From assembly GCA_963674705.1 (NCBI GenBank), contig OY771506.1:3776001-3840000 (forward strand): 64,000 nt of DNA, written 5' to 3'. The notes under the pieces are model-generated. The model was given only the letters and a program-made list of their open reading frames with translations, did not search any database and had not been told where the DNA came from. Each line of letters opens with the position of its first letter. Positions within the stretch are counted from its first letter, which is position 1. Made by a program: the position numbers and the translations under genes. The stretch is from Phycisphaeraceae bacterium (GTDB lineage: Bacteria; Planctomycetota; Phycisphaerae; Phycisphaerales; Phycisphaeraceae). Below are positions 38,828-48,481 of the stretch, one piece after another.

Positions 38828-41497
38828 ATGAGTACTTCTACGCCTATGTCCACCACACCCCAAAGCACACTTACCTGCACCGTCAACGGCAAGCCCGTCA
38901 CGGTCGATCTGGCCGATGACGGCCTGACGCTGCTGGACGTCCTGCGCGACCAGCTCGGTATCACCTCGCCTAAGAACGGCTGCCAGCCGCAAGCCCAGTG
39001 CGGATGCTGCACGGTCCTCGTCGATGGCAAACCCATGCTCAGCTGTACCATGAAGCCCAGCCGGGTCGAGGGCAAATCCGTCACGACGCTGGAAGGTTTA
39101 GAACAAGAGCACCGCAAACAGATTGCCGACAGCTTCGTGCAATCCGGCGGCGTGCAGTGCGGTTTCTGTATCCCGGGCTTTGCGATGCGTGGCGTGGGGC
39201 TGTGCAATGAGAACCCGACACCGACCCGTGATGAGATTACCAAGGCGATCCGCCCTCACCTCTGTCGATGCACCGGTTACAAGCAGATCGTCGACAGCAT
39301 CGAACTCTACAGCAAGGTGCGTAACGGCCAACCGATGCCTGAGACGCCCGAAGCCGACAACTCGGGCAAAGTCGGTACCAGCCTGCCGCGTTACACCGGT
39401 CATGATGCTGTGCTGGGCGATCGTAAATACGTCGACGACATGACCGTCCCCGGCATGCTCTACGGCGCTCTGCGCCTGGCGGACCATCCCCGTGCAACGT
39501 TCGTCAAGCTCGATGCCAGTAAGGCGCTTGCGCTTGAGGGCGTGCATCATGTCTTTACCGCCAAGGATGTGCCGGGCGAGATCTACGTCGGGCTGATCGA
39601 AAAAGACTGGCCGGTATTCGTCGCACCTGGAACCGACACGCGTTGCACGGGTGATGTCATTGCTGCCGTGGTCGCGGACAACCAGAAACTGGCTCGCAAA
39701 GCCGCAGAGCTGCTCGAGATTGAATACATCGTCAAGGAGCCGGTGACGGACCCGGTTGAAGCCTTGAAGCCCGATGCGCCGCTGGTTCACCCGCAGCGTG
39801 GTACCAACCTGTTGAGTGAATCACGCCTCGTGAAGGGTGATGTCGAGGCCGCTTTCGCCAAGTGCGCCCACATCATCGAAGACACGTACCGCACGCAGCA
39901 CATCGAGCATATGTTCCTTGAGCCCGAGGCCTGTATCGCCGTGCCCGGAGAATCGGAAGCGGGGCGGACGCTCAAGGTCTACAGCCAGGGGCAGGGCGTG
40001 TTTGATGACCGCCGACAGATCGCATCGGTGCTCGGGATCGATGAAAGCCGTATAGAAGTACAACTAGTAAGCAACGGCGGGGCGTTCGGCGGGAAGGAAG
40101 ATATGTCTGTCCAGGGCCAGACTGCCTTGCTTGCATATCTCACCGGTAAGCCGATCAAGATCACGCTGACAAGGCCGGAGAGTTTCCGAGTTCACGTGAA
40201 GCGTCACCCGATTACACTCACCTATAAAATCGGCTGCGATGCTGAGGGGCATATCCTGGCCGTGAAGTCAAGCATCATCGGGGACAAGGGGGCGTATGCC
40301 TCGGTTGGTGCGAAGGTGCTCGAACGTGCGGGCGGGCACTGTACAGGCCCGTACCGTGTGCCGAACATCGATATGAAGTCGCTTGCGGTCTACACGAACA
40401 ACCCTGCTTGCGGTGCGATGCGCGGCTTCGGCGCAAACCAGGCGGCATTTGCGGTGGAAGGATTGCTCGACCGGCTTGCCGAGAAGTGCGGGATCGATGG
40501 CTACGACATCCGTGACCGTAATATCCTCGAGCCGGGCGAAGCTTTCGCGACCGGACAGGTACTGGATAAACCGTTCGGCTTGCGTCGCACGCTCGAAGCT
40601 GTCAAAGATCAATACAAGAGCGCGAAGTACGCCGGGATCGCTTGCGGGATCAAGAATGTCGGTATCGGTAACGGTATGCCCGACATCGGCCGCGCCGCGA
40701 TCACCATCGAAGCGCCCGATCGCTTGCGCATCCGTACCGGCTTCACCGAGATGGGGCAGGGATTATTTACGCTCTGCATCCAGTTCGCCCATGAAGCCAC
40801 GGGATTGGCGCCTGAACTGTTCCAATGCCAGACCGATACCACGCTCATGCTCGACTGCGGCCAGACCACGGCCAGCCGTGCGACCGTGCTTGCAGGCAAC
40901 GCGATCGCAGAAGCAGGCAAAGCGCTCAAGGCCGCGCTCGATCAGGGTAAGACCCTTGAAGACCTCGTCGACCAGACCTTCAAAGGCGAGTGGCGCTGCG
41001 ACTACACCAGCAAACTCGGCAAGGACATGGACAAACCCGGCGGGCCCAAGACGCACATCACCTACGGCTTCGCCACCCAGGTCGCGATTCTCGACGACGA
41101 TGGCGCACTCAAGAAAATGATCGCTTGCCACGATGTCGGCAAAGTCATCAATCCCACCCAGCTCAAGGGCCAGATGTATGGCTCGCTGCACATGGGGATC
41201 GGTTACGCGCTTTCCGAAGACTTCCCGGTCGAGGATGCGATCATCCAGGCGAAGAAGATCAACGACTGTGGCGTCCTGCGGGCGCACCAGATGCCTGAGA
41301 TGGAGTTGATCTTCATCGAAGAGCCAGACCCCGAATGCCCGCACGGCGCACGCGGCGTCGGCGAGATCGGCCTGGTCCCGACCGCCCCGGCTATCGCGGG
41401 TGCGATGTATCAATTTGATCATGTCATCAGGCGTCAATTGCCGATGACCGATTCGCCGGCAGGTCAGGCGATCAAGAAACCGAAACGGTCTGTTTGA
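38828..41497 (+). CDS. xdh: Selenium-dependent xanthine dehydrogenase family molybdoenzyme (fused 2Fe-2S + Moco domains)
   Basis: GCQPQAQCGCCTV, QCGFCIPG, LCRCTGY, GGAFGGKED, AMRGFG, CGIKNVGIGNG, QTTASR, RGVGEIG. Confidence 0.88.
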   Translation: MSTSTPMSTTPQSTLTCTVNGKPVTVDLADDGLTLLDVLRDQLGITSPKNGCQPQAQCGCCTVLVDGKPMLSCTMKPSRVEGKSVTTLEGLEQEHRKQIADSFVQSGGVQCGFCIPGFAMRGVGLCNENPTPTRDEITKAIRPHLCRCTGYKQIVDSIELYSKVRNGQPMPETPEADNSGKVGTSLPRYTGHDAVLGDRKYVDDMTVPGMLYGALRLADHPRATFVKLDASKALALEGVHHVFTAKDVPGEIYVGLIEKDWPVFVAPGTDTRCTGDVIAAVVADNQKLARKAAELLEIEYIVKEPVTDPVEALKPDAPLVHPQRGTNLLSESRLVKGDVEAAFAKCAHIIEDTYRTQHIEHMFLEPEACIAVPGESEAGRTLKVYSQGQGVFDDRRQIASVLGIDESRIEVQLVSNGGAFGGKEDMSVQGQTALLAYLTGKPIKITLTRPESFRVHVKRHPITLTYKIGCDAEGHILAVKSSIIGDKGAYASVGAKVLERAGGHCTGPYRVPNIDMKSLAVYTNNPACGAMRGFGANQAAFAVEGLLDRLAEKCGIDGYDIRDRNILEPGEAFATGQVLDKPFGLRRTLEAVKDQYKSAKYAGIACGIKNVGIGNGMPDIGRAAITIEAPDRLRIRTGFTEMGQGLFTLCIQFAHEATGLAPELFQCQTDTTLMLDCGQTTASRATVLAGNAIAEAGKALKAALDQGKTLEDLVDQTFKGEWRCDYTSKLGKDMDKPGGPKTHITYGFATQVAILDDDGALKKMIACHDVGKVINPTQLKGQMYGSLHMGIGYALSEDFPVEDAIIQAKKINDCGVLRAHQMPEMELIFIEEPDPECPHGARGVGEIGLVPTAPAIAGAMYQFDHVIRRQLPMTDSPAGQAIKKPKRSV

Positions 41498-41512
41498 TCT
41501 TCAATGTGATAA

Positions 41513-41618
41513 AGGGTCTAGGGTCTAGGGTATGGGGACTAGGGTCTAGCCGGAGTTAAGGGTCTGACTAACCACCAGACACGAGCCACCAGACACCAGC
41601 CACTAAGAACCAACCACC
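41513..41618. repeat. Two degenerate heptamer arrays (AGGGTCT-type and RCCACCA-type)
   Basis: agggtct agggtct agggtat ggggact agggtct; accacca gacacga gccacca gacacca gccacta agaacca accacca. Confidence 0.7.
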
Positions 41619-41624
41619 AAAACC

Positions 41625-42227
41625 ATGTCCACCATCCACGCCATCATCCCCGCAGCGGGTCGATCAAATCGTATGGGCCAGCCCAAGCAGCTTCTGCCCG
41701 TTGATGGTCAACCGATGTTGTTGAGCGTGATCGATCCGCTTGTCTGTTGCGATCGAATAAACCGCACACTCGTTGTGACGAATAGCCTGGTTGCGGCTGA
41801 GATAGATATTGGTCAAACCGGCGCGATGGTCGTTTTAAATGACGAACCCGACGCTGAGATGATCGACTCGTTACGACTCGGAGTTGATGAACTGCAGAAG
41901 GTATGTGAATTGCAGGTTGATGATGGCATCCTGATCTGCCCCGGTGATCAGCCCGGGCTTGCCTCCGCAGAAGTCGCGGAATGCTGCTCGGTGTTTCAAC
42001 ATCAGCCTGGCAGGATCATCGTTGCCGCCCATGATGGCAAACGCGGGCACCCCATCATCTTCCCCGCATCACGCATCCCGTTCCTGATGTCACCCGCATG
42101 CGACACCGGTTTGCGAGAACTGGTATCAGCACATGAGGAAAATGTGGTTATGGTGGAAATCGCAAACTCGGCGGTATTGAGGAATATCAACACACCGGAT
42201 GACTATAAGCACATTTCAACCCAATGA
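41625..42227 (+). CDS. mocA: Molybdenum cofactor cytidylyltransferase-like (MocA/YgfJ)
   Basis: IIPAAGRSNRMGQPKQLL, PGDQP, RGHPIIF, NINTPDDY; directly downstream of xdh. Confidence 0.8.
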   Translation: MSTIHAIIPAAGRSNRMGQPKQLLPVDGQPMLLSVIDPLVCCDRINRTLVVTNSLVAAEIDIGQTGAMVVLNDEPDAEMIDSLRLGVDELQKVCELQVDDGILICPGDQPGLASAEVAECCSVFQHQPGRIIVAAHDGKRGHPIIFPASRIPFLMSPACDTGLRELVSAHEENVVMVEIANSAVLRNINTPDDYKHISTQ

Positions 42228-42261
42228 GCCTGTCTTTGGTGGCAACAAATGAAATTGATTA

Positions 42262-42415
42262 TTAGCCACGGATGAACACAGATAAACACGGATTCAGAGC
42301 CAATGCATTACCTGCTTTGCTGCTGCGCGGTCAAAACAGGGCACCCGCTACAGGTGAATTGAGAATTCTCGATTATCTTATCTGTGTTTTTTATCCGTGT
42401 TCATCTGTGGCTAAT
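42262..42415. repeat. Third inverted-repeat element of the CACAGAT family
   Basis: ttagccacggatgaacacagataaacacggat ... atctgtgttttttatccgtgttcatctgtggctaat. Confidence 0.8.
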
Positions 42416-42454
42416 CCGCTTTCTGCACAAGATTCACAAACACAGAAGCAAGCA

Positions 42455-43882
42455 TCAGAGTGTCATTAACGACATCAACGTTTCCACATCCGGCTGGTTT
42501 TCGATATCCATGATGTGTTCGCCGATCTTCTTACATCGCTCTTCGCCGACCACGTCCTTGCCGAGAGCAGTAAGTTTGACGCTGATTTCCTCGGCGGTCA
42601 TTGGATCGCGCGGGTCACCCTTCGGCACATCCACGCGTGTAAAGAAGCTTTTGCCGTCCTTGAGCGTCAGTGTTACCCGGCTCGGTTGATATTCGGGGAA
42701 CAACGATTCGAATTCTTCATTCGGTACAACCTTTACCATGTCCATCACCGGGATCAGCGACTTATCGTCGATGCGTTCCTGCTGGAACTGTAGCGGGGTG
42801 ACCATGCCATCTATCAAGCCGACTGCCATACAGTAGGGCAGCGAGTGGTCGGCGGTTTCCTTGCCGGTGGGGCGGTACTTGTGCGGATCACCCAGGATGT
42901 CCGCTGCGCGTGCAATCACTTCGACCTTGATCTCAGCAACATCATCAGGGCTGAGATTGTTTTCCTTCACACACTTCATCATCGCGGTCAGTGGCGCGTG
43001 GCTGAGCGCTTCGATCGGGAAGGATTTGAAGCCGCAATCCAAGATGCGGTAATGATCGCTCGGCGACTTCGGCAGGTCTTTAATCATGCCGTCCGCGTCG
43101 AACGTGCAAGGCTTCCCGCCACTGACAGAATGCCCGAACACATGGAACAGACCTTCCTTGCCGTCATAGATATGCTCCGGCCCGGTGTAACCGAGTTTCG
43201 CGAGGAAGGCGGACTCAAGGCCGACGCGCGTCGCCCAGGGGTCGACCGTGTTCTTCATGTTTGTAAGTTTGCCCGCTGTGACAGCGCCAAGCGAGCCAGT
43301 ACGGCTGGCACTGATACCGACCGCGTTGACCATTTCATCGACCGTCAAGTTCAGCAGACGCCCGGGGCCGTAAGCTGCAGCGAAACCGGTCAGCGTCGCG
43401 TGATGCCAGCCGTATTCGCGTATGCCCGGACGACCGATTTCAACCAGTCGCATCTCGACTTCATAAGCGATGACGGACGCGAGGATCAGGTCTTTACCTG
43501 AAAGCTGATTCGCCTGACAAACCGCGAGCGGTCCTGAGAGCAGGTCGCTCGGGTGGGATGGGTCCGCCTTCCAGTAGATGTCGTTGTAATCCATCGACCG
43601 GATCATGTGGCCGTTCAGGAACGCGGCATCGACGGGATTGGTTCTGAATCCACTGACAAAGCAGCTACAACCGCCCCCGATTTCACGCATCAATATCTGG
43701 TGATGCATCAACAGGATCTTCGCATCTTCCTGTTGGCTACCCCCCAGCGCACAACCCAATGAATCAAACCAGAACAGCTTCGCCCGTTCGATCGCCTCGG
43801 GGCTCAGGTCTTCGTATTTCAGGTTGCATGCCCACTCGGCCAGGTCGTAGCTGATAAAGTCTTTGGTTTTGAATGAACCCAT
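42455..43882 (-). CDS. MmgE/PrpD family (2-methylcitrate dehydratase-like)
   Basis: DYND, SHPSD, KSFP, ETADHSLPY, PKGDPRDP. Confidence 0.9.
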   Translation of the reverse strand: MGSFKTKDFISYDLAEWACNLKYEDLSPEAIERAKLFWFDSLGCALGGSQQEDAKILLMHHQILMREIGGGCSCFVSGFRTNPVDAAFLNGHMIRSMDYNDIYWKADPSHPSDLLSGPLAVCQANQLSGKDLILASVIAYEVEMRLVEIGRPGIREYGWHHATLTGFAAAYGPGRLLNLTVDEMVNAVGISASRTGSLGAVTAGKLTNMKNTVDPWATRVGLESAFLAKLGYTGPEHIYDGKEGLFHVFGHSVSGGKPCTFDADGMIKDLPKSPSDHYRILDCGFKSFPIEALSHAPLTAMMKCVKENNLSPDDVAEIKVEVIARAADILGDPHKYRPTGKETADHSLPYCMAVGLIDGMVTPLQFQQERIDDKSLIPVMDMVKVVPNEEFESLFPEYQPSRVTLTLKDGKSFFTRVDVPKGDPRDPMTAEEISVKLTALGKDVVGEERCKKIGEHIMDIENQPDVETLMSLMTL

Positions 43883-43929
43883 GATTCCGCTCCTCTTCGC
43901 GCTGTTCGCGCCTTCGCGGTTAACTCCAA

Positions 43930-45045
43930 TTACACGTGTCTTGCCACTTCCTCTGCTACTTCCAGCGTTGTGTTATTCAACCCGACGTCATACGTGCCGA
44001 CCTTGTGCTCCTTGATCACCTTAGCGATCGCGGCTTCGAGACGCTCTGCCATATCATCTTCACTCAGCCAGTCGAACATCAGCTTGCAGGTCAGAAGCAT
44101 CGCCATCGGGTTGACCTTGTACATGCCGTCGTACTTCGGAGCGGAGCCGTGCGTCGGCTCGAAGACGGCATAGTCGTCACCGATGTTTGCTGCCGAGGCA
44201 AAGCCTAGCCCGCCGACGAGCCCCGCACAGAGGTCGGAAATGATGTCGCCGAACATATTCTCTGCAACCAGCACGTCATACGTGTGCGGATTCTTGATCA
44301 TCCACATGCAGATTGCGTCGATGTTGGCTTCCCAGAGCGGGATGTCATAATTCTTGGCAACTTCACGGGCGACGCGTGTCATCAAGCCACCGGTTTCACG
44401 CAAAACATTTGGCTTTTCGACCAGCGTCACGCTTTTACGCCCATGCGTCTTGGCATATTCATACGCTTGAGTGACGATGCTCTCGCAACCCTGCTTACTC
44501 ATGATGCGGGTCGATAGCGCGACATTCTCAAGCCCCTTTTCTTTCCACTTCACCATCTTGGGATTCACGCACATGGCATCGTAAACCTTCTCCGGCAGTG
44601 GGAACCACTCGACACCGCCGTACATGCCTTCGGTGTTCTCACGGAAAACAACCAGGTCGATATCGTCACGGTAGTTCAGCGGGTTGCCGGGATAGGCCTT
44701 GCACGGGCGGAGGTTCGTGTGCAGGTTGAATAGTTGGCGTAGCTTTACAATCGGGCTGAAGTAGACCAAGCCCTTGTCCTTCAGTTCCGGCGCCAGTTCA
44801 TCGTTCGCTTCATCACGCGGCTTGCTGGTGATCGCGCCGAACAAAGCACAATCGGTCTGCTTGAGGATATCGATCGTGCGGTCGGGCAGGGGGTTGCCTT
44901 CCTTGCACCAGAATTCCCAGCCGATGTCAGCAGGGATGTACTCGGCGTCGAACTTCATCGCGTCCAGCACGATCCGTGCCGCTTCCATGACGTCCTTGCC
45001 CACGCCGTCGCCCGTCATCCATGCGATCTTGTACTTCGCCATCAT
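43930..45045 (-). CDS. Isocitrate/isopropylmalate/homoisocitrate dehydrogenase family
   Basis: GDGVGKDV, RENTEGMY, NMFGDIISD, FEPTHGSAPK. Confidence 0.92.
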   Translation of the reverse strand: MMAKYKIAWMTGDGVGKDVMEAARIVLDAMKFDAEYIPADIGWEFWCKEGNPLPDRTIDILKQTDCALFGAITSKPRDEANDELAPELKDKGLVYFSPIVKLRQLFNLHTNLRPCKAYPGNPLNYRDDIDLVVFRENTEGMYGGVEWFPLPEKVYDAMCVNPKMVKWKEKGLENVALSTRIMSKQGCESIVTQAYEYAKTHGRKSVTLVEKPNVLRETGGLMTRVAREVAKNYDIPLWEANIDAICMWMIKNPHTYDVLVAENMFGDIISDLCAGLVGGLGFASAANIGDDYAVFEPTHGSAPKYDGMYKVNPMAMLLTCKLMFDWLSEDDMAERLEAAIAKVIKEHKVGTYDVGLNNTTLEVAEEVARHV

Positions 45046-45079
45046 TGTTTCCTTGAATTGCAGGTTCCAAGTGTGTGAA

Positions 45080-47053
45080 TCAGTTAGAAATCTGTGATCG
45101 CGCCACGGCCTCAGCGCCGCCGGCGACAACCAGTTTTTGTGCCGTCGGGCTCAGTGCCGGGAACGGGAATGCTTTTTTGTCTACTCGCACAACCGATCCC
45201 TGGAAGTCGACCACGATCTTCGGCCCGACAATGGTTGGTTTTTCGTTGTCTGAAAGTGTTTCCGCTAGGTAATCGACCAGTTCCGTACATTCGATACAAA
45301 GGAAGCCGTTGTTGAACGCATTACGTCGGTATGTTTCGCTGTAACTTGCGGCGATCACGCAGGGCACACCTTTATACTTCAAGCATGTAGCCGCCTGTTC
45401 CCGGCTCGATCCTGTACCGAAGTTGCGCCCGCTGACGACGATGTCGCCGTCCTGGTAAATGCTGTTGAATTCGGGATCATAATTCTCGAACGCGACGTCT
45501 TTCATCTGTTGCGGCGTCATGTCGTCTTTGTATGTCCACTTGCCGGCGTAGATGCCGTCGGTGTTCATATTGTCCTTCGGCATGAAAAGTGCGCGTCCGC
45601 TGACTTCTGCTGGGAAGCCTTCAATGATCTTCGCACTTTTCGAGGCCGATGCAGCCGGTGTGTTGCGTTTGATATTACGTTTAGGTTCGGTCAGTTCATA
45701 ACCGGTCGGCGCACAGATATAGCCGGCCAACGCAGAAGCAGCGACGACAGCAGGCGATCCAAGATACACCTGGGAATCCGCGCTACCCATGCGTCCCTTG
45801 AAGTTCCGATTGGTCGCACTGATCGCGACCTCGCCCGGTTCAGTCGTACCTTCGCCAAGTCCGATGCAAGGCCCGCAGCCCGGCGGCAGGGGGGTCGCTC
45901 CCGCGTTGAGCAGAGCCTGCCAGATGCCGGCCACTTCAGCTTTATCCTGAATGTCGGACGATGCGGCGGCAACGTAGAACGAAACACCTTTTGCGATGCG
46001 TTTACCCTTAACGATCTCGGCCGCATCCCGCAGATCTTCCAGCCTCGCGTTGACACACGACAGCAGATACGCCTTTTGGATCGCTATTCTTTCCTGCTCG
46101 ATCACAGGCAGTGCATGCATCGTCTTGACTTCGTTCGGCCCACACACGTGCGGGATCACCGTACCCAGGTCCAGCTCGATCTCGACCGCGTACTCTGCAT
46201 CTTCATCTGCGACAAGTTTACCTTTCCACCAAGACTCGATCTCGGTGAAGTTATATCCGCCCAGGCTACCGTCACGCCGAATGCCCGGCCGCGTTACCGA
46301 GCCGAAGTATTGAACGCGGTCTTCAAGATAAAGCCGCAATACTTCATCGAACGGGAATACCCCCGCCAATGCGCCCCATTCCGTGGTCATATTCGCGATC
46401 GACATACGCTGGTCCATCGACAGGCATTCCACGCCCGGCCCGACGAACTCCACCGCATGATTCAATACTTCATCATTATTGAACAGACCGCAAAGCGCGA
46501 TGATGACATCTTTACCCACCACGCCGGGCTTGAGCCTGCCTTTCAATACACACTTGGCGACCTTCGGCACCTGCCACCACGTCTGCCCCGTCGCCCAGAT
46601 ACAAGCGGCATCTGTCCGTACGACCGGCGTCCCCAGCGCGCTGATAGCACCGTACAGGTTCGAGTGTGAATCGCTGCCCACGATCATGCTGCCCGGTATG
46701 ACATAACCTTGCTCCACCATCACCTGATGGCTGATCCCTGTCCCGGCGGGATAAAAGTCAATCTCGTGTTGATCGGCGTGCTTATGAATTTTCGCATACT
46801 TGCCGAGATTCTCAGGCGAGTGGTTCTGGATGTCGTGGTCGATCGCGAACACCGGCTGATGTGGGTCGGCGACCTTGGGCTCAACGCCTTCGGGAAAAAT
46901 GCTCTTGAACTTCGGGATCACCGCGCCGGTGTTGTCATGCGTCATCACATGCTTGGGTCTGATCGTAACGATCGATCCTTGCGTCGCCGACTCACCAGCC
47001 TCTAAGCCTACGGCATAGCGTGTCGCTATTTTTTCAACCAGTGTCAGACCCAT
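45080..47053 (-). CDS. Single-chain homoaconitase-like aconitase (fused large and swivel domains)
   Basis: MTHDN, DSHSN, LSCVNAR, PGCGPCIG, SATNRNFKGRMG, GTGSSREQA. Confidence 0.85.
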   Translation of the reverse strand: MGLTLVEKIATRYAVGLEAGESATQGSIVTIRPKHVMTHDNTGAVIPKFKSIFPEGVEPKVADPHQPVFAIDHDIQNHSPENLGKYAKIHKHADQHEIDFYPAGTGISHQVMVEQGYVIPGSMIVGSDSHSNLYGAISALGTPVVRTDAACIWATGQTWWQVPKVAKCVLKGRLKPGVVGKDVIIALCGLFNNDEVLNHAVEFVGPGVECLSMDQRMSIANMTTEWGALAGVFPFDEVLRLYLEDRVQYFGSVTRPGIRRDGSLGGYNFTEIESWWKGKLVADEDAEYAVEIELDLGTVIPHVCGPNEVKTMHALPVIEQERIAIQKAYLLSCVNARLEDLRDAAEIVKGKRIAKGVSFYVAAASSDIQDKAEVAGIWQALLNAGATPLPPGCGPCIGLGEGTTEPGEVAISATNRNFKGRMGSADSQVYLGSPAVVAASALAGYICAPTGYELTEPKRNIKRNTPAASASKSAKIIEGFPAEVSGRALFMPKDNMNTDGIYAGKWTYKDDMTPQQMKDVAFENYDPEFNSIYQDGDIVVSGRNFGTGSSREQAATCLKYKGVPCVIAASYSETYRRNAFNNGFLCIECTELVDYLAETLSDNEKPTIVGPKIVVDFQGSVVRVDKKAFPFPALSPTAQKLVVAGGAEAVARSQISN

Positions 47054-47096
47054 AGGGTTCCCGTCCTAAATGAAGTGTGTGACTCCAGGCCCCGAT

Positions 47097-47675
47097 TTAT
47101 TTAATCGGATGCTTACCAAGATACTTCGCGATATCGAAGTCGACGAAGTCCGCGTGATGGAAGATGATCGATTCGATGGTGCGTTCGACCTTATCCCCTT
47201 CGTGGCTATGGGTCGCGACGATGTGCATGACTTCGGCCGGGATGCCGTGCTTATAGCACATCGCGACACCGCTGAACGGATGCCGCAGCATGTCACCGAA
47301 GTGACCCTTGATAAGATTGCCATCCTTATCACGATCGAACTCCAGGGGCTTGCCCACGTCCGCGAGCATCGCGCCGGCGATCAGAATATCCTTGTTCACG
47401 GGTATCTTGCCTTTGTAGATCGTCAAAAGCGTGTCCGCGATCACGATACACTGGCGGATGCATGAGTTGAGGTGTTCGATAAATCGCAAATCGATGTCAC
47501 CTGCCAGCAATGTGAAGGGGATTGCTTTGAGTTCTTCGAACCTCCAACCCTTCCCACCAGCGCCGGTTTCGATCGCCTCGGACCACACGGCCGCGACTTT
47601 CTCTTGCAAGCTCTTATCTGTGATCTGATGAATATCGGGGAATAAGTCCGCGATCTGGTCGACTGTGTATGGCAT
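47097..47675 (-). CDS. HD-superfamily protein with the HD dyad changed to AD
   Basis: IEH..., GAMLADVGK, RHPFSG, HSHEG, HHAD. Confidence 0.8.
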   Translation of the reverse strand: MPYTVDQIADLFPDIHQITDKSLQEKVAAVWSEAIETGAGGKGWRFEELKAIPFTLLAGDIDLRFIEHLNSCIRQCIVIADTLLTIYKGKIPVNKDILIAGAMLADVGKPLEFDRDKDGNLIKGHFGDMLRHPFSGVAMCYKHGIPAEVMHIVATHSHEGDKVERTIESIIFHHADFVDFDIAKYLGKHPIK

Positions 47676-47686
47676 CGATTGTCTCC

Positions 47687-48469
47687 TTACAACGTCCGCG
47701 CCTCGGGACCATCATAACTATGATCGACCGGATCGATCTTACGCATCCGTTTTTCGCGTGTCTGCTCCTCGACCACATGGGCGACCAGGCCCGGGGTCCG
47801 TGCTATCATGAATAGACCATTCATCACGGCCGGATCGAACCCGAGTTGCGCCAGGACCGCCCCGATCGCGCCGTCCACATTGATCGGCAGTTTCTTGCCC
47901 GAGTCGGCAAAAACCTGCTCGACCGCCTTGGCCGCGTCGATGTACAGCCCGTTTACGCCTGCCTGCTCGGTCAGCTCGAACAAACGGGCGGTGCGCGGGT
48001 CTGCCGTGTGGTAGCGGTGTCCGAAGCCGCTCATCCGCTCGCCGCGGTTTTTCATGTCTGCAAGCTCGCTACGAGCCGCATCTGACAGGGATTGTTTGTC
48101 GTTCTGGGACCGCTCGATGATCTTCTTCAATTGCAGGGCACAGTCCTGAATTGCCCCGCCGTGGGATTTGTTGATCGACATCACGCCCGCTGCGACGGAC
48201 TGGCTCAAGGCAGCGCCTGAACTCGCCACGGTCCGTGCCGCCAGAACGCTCGGGGGCGTGGCGCCGTGGTCGATGCTTGAGACCAGGATCGCGTCCATCA
48301 GCTTGCCGACTTCAGCGCTGGGTAATTCACCTCGCAGGATCAAATAGACGGCCTGACCAAATGTCACATTGCCCATCAGTTCGGCGATGTTATAGCCGCG
48401 GACCGCGACACGGTTCGGCTTGATCTCGGTGACGGCTGTCTTCCACGCATTGGGATTCGATTCACTCAT
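47687..48469 (-). CDS. Citryl-CoA lyase (citrate-synthase-like domain)
   Basis: SIDHGATPPS, HGGAI, GFGHRYH.DPR, INVDGA; about 260 aa stand-alone. Confidence 0.88.
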   Translation of the reverse strand: MSESNPNAWKTAVTEIKPNRVAVRGYNIAELMGNVTFGQAVYLILRGELPSAEVGKLMDAILVSSIDHGATPPSVLAARTVASSGAALSQSVAAGVMSINKSHGGAIQDCALQLKKIIERSQNDKQSLSDAARSELADMKNRGERMSGFGHRYHTADPRTARLFELTEQAGVNGLYIDAAKAVEQVFADSGKKLPINVDGAIGAVLAQLGFDPAVMNGLFMIARTPGLVAHVVEEQTREKRMRKIDPVDHSYDGPEARTL

Positions 48470-48481
48470 CTCAAGCCTTTC

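Noticed and set aside
26712..42227. Selenocysteine (UGA) recoding in the Se-associated cluster
   Set aside because: ORFs are full length without internal TGA; Se-dependent molybdenum hydroxylases use a labile Se cofactor rather than Sec.
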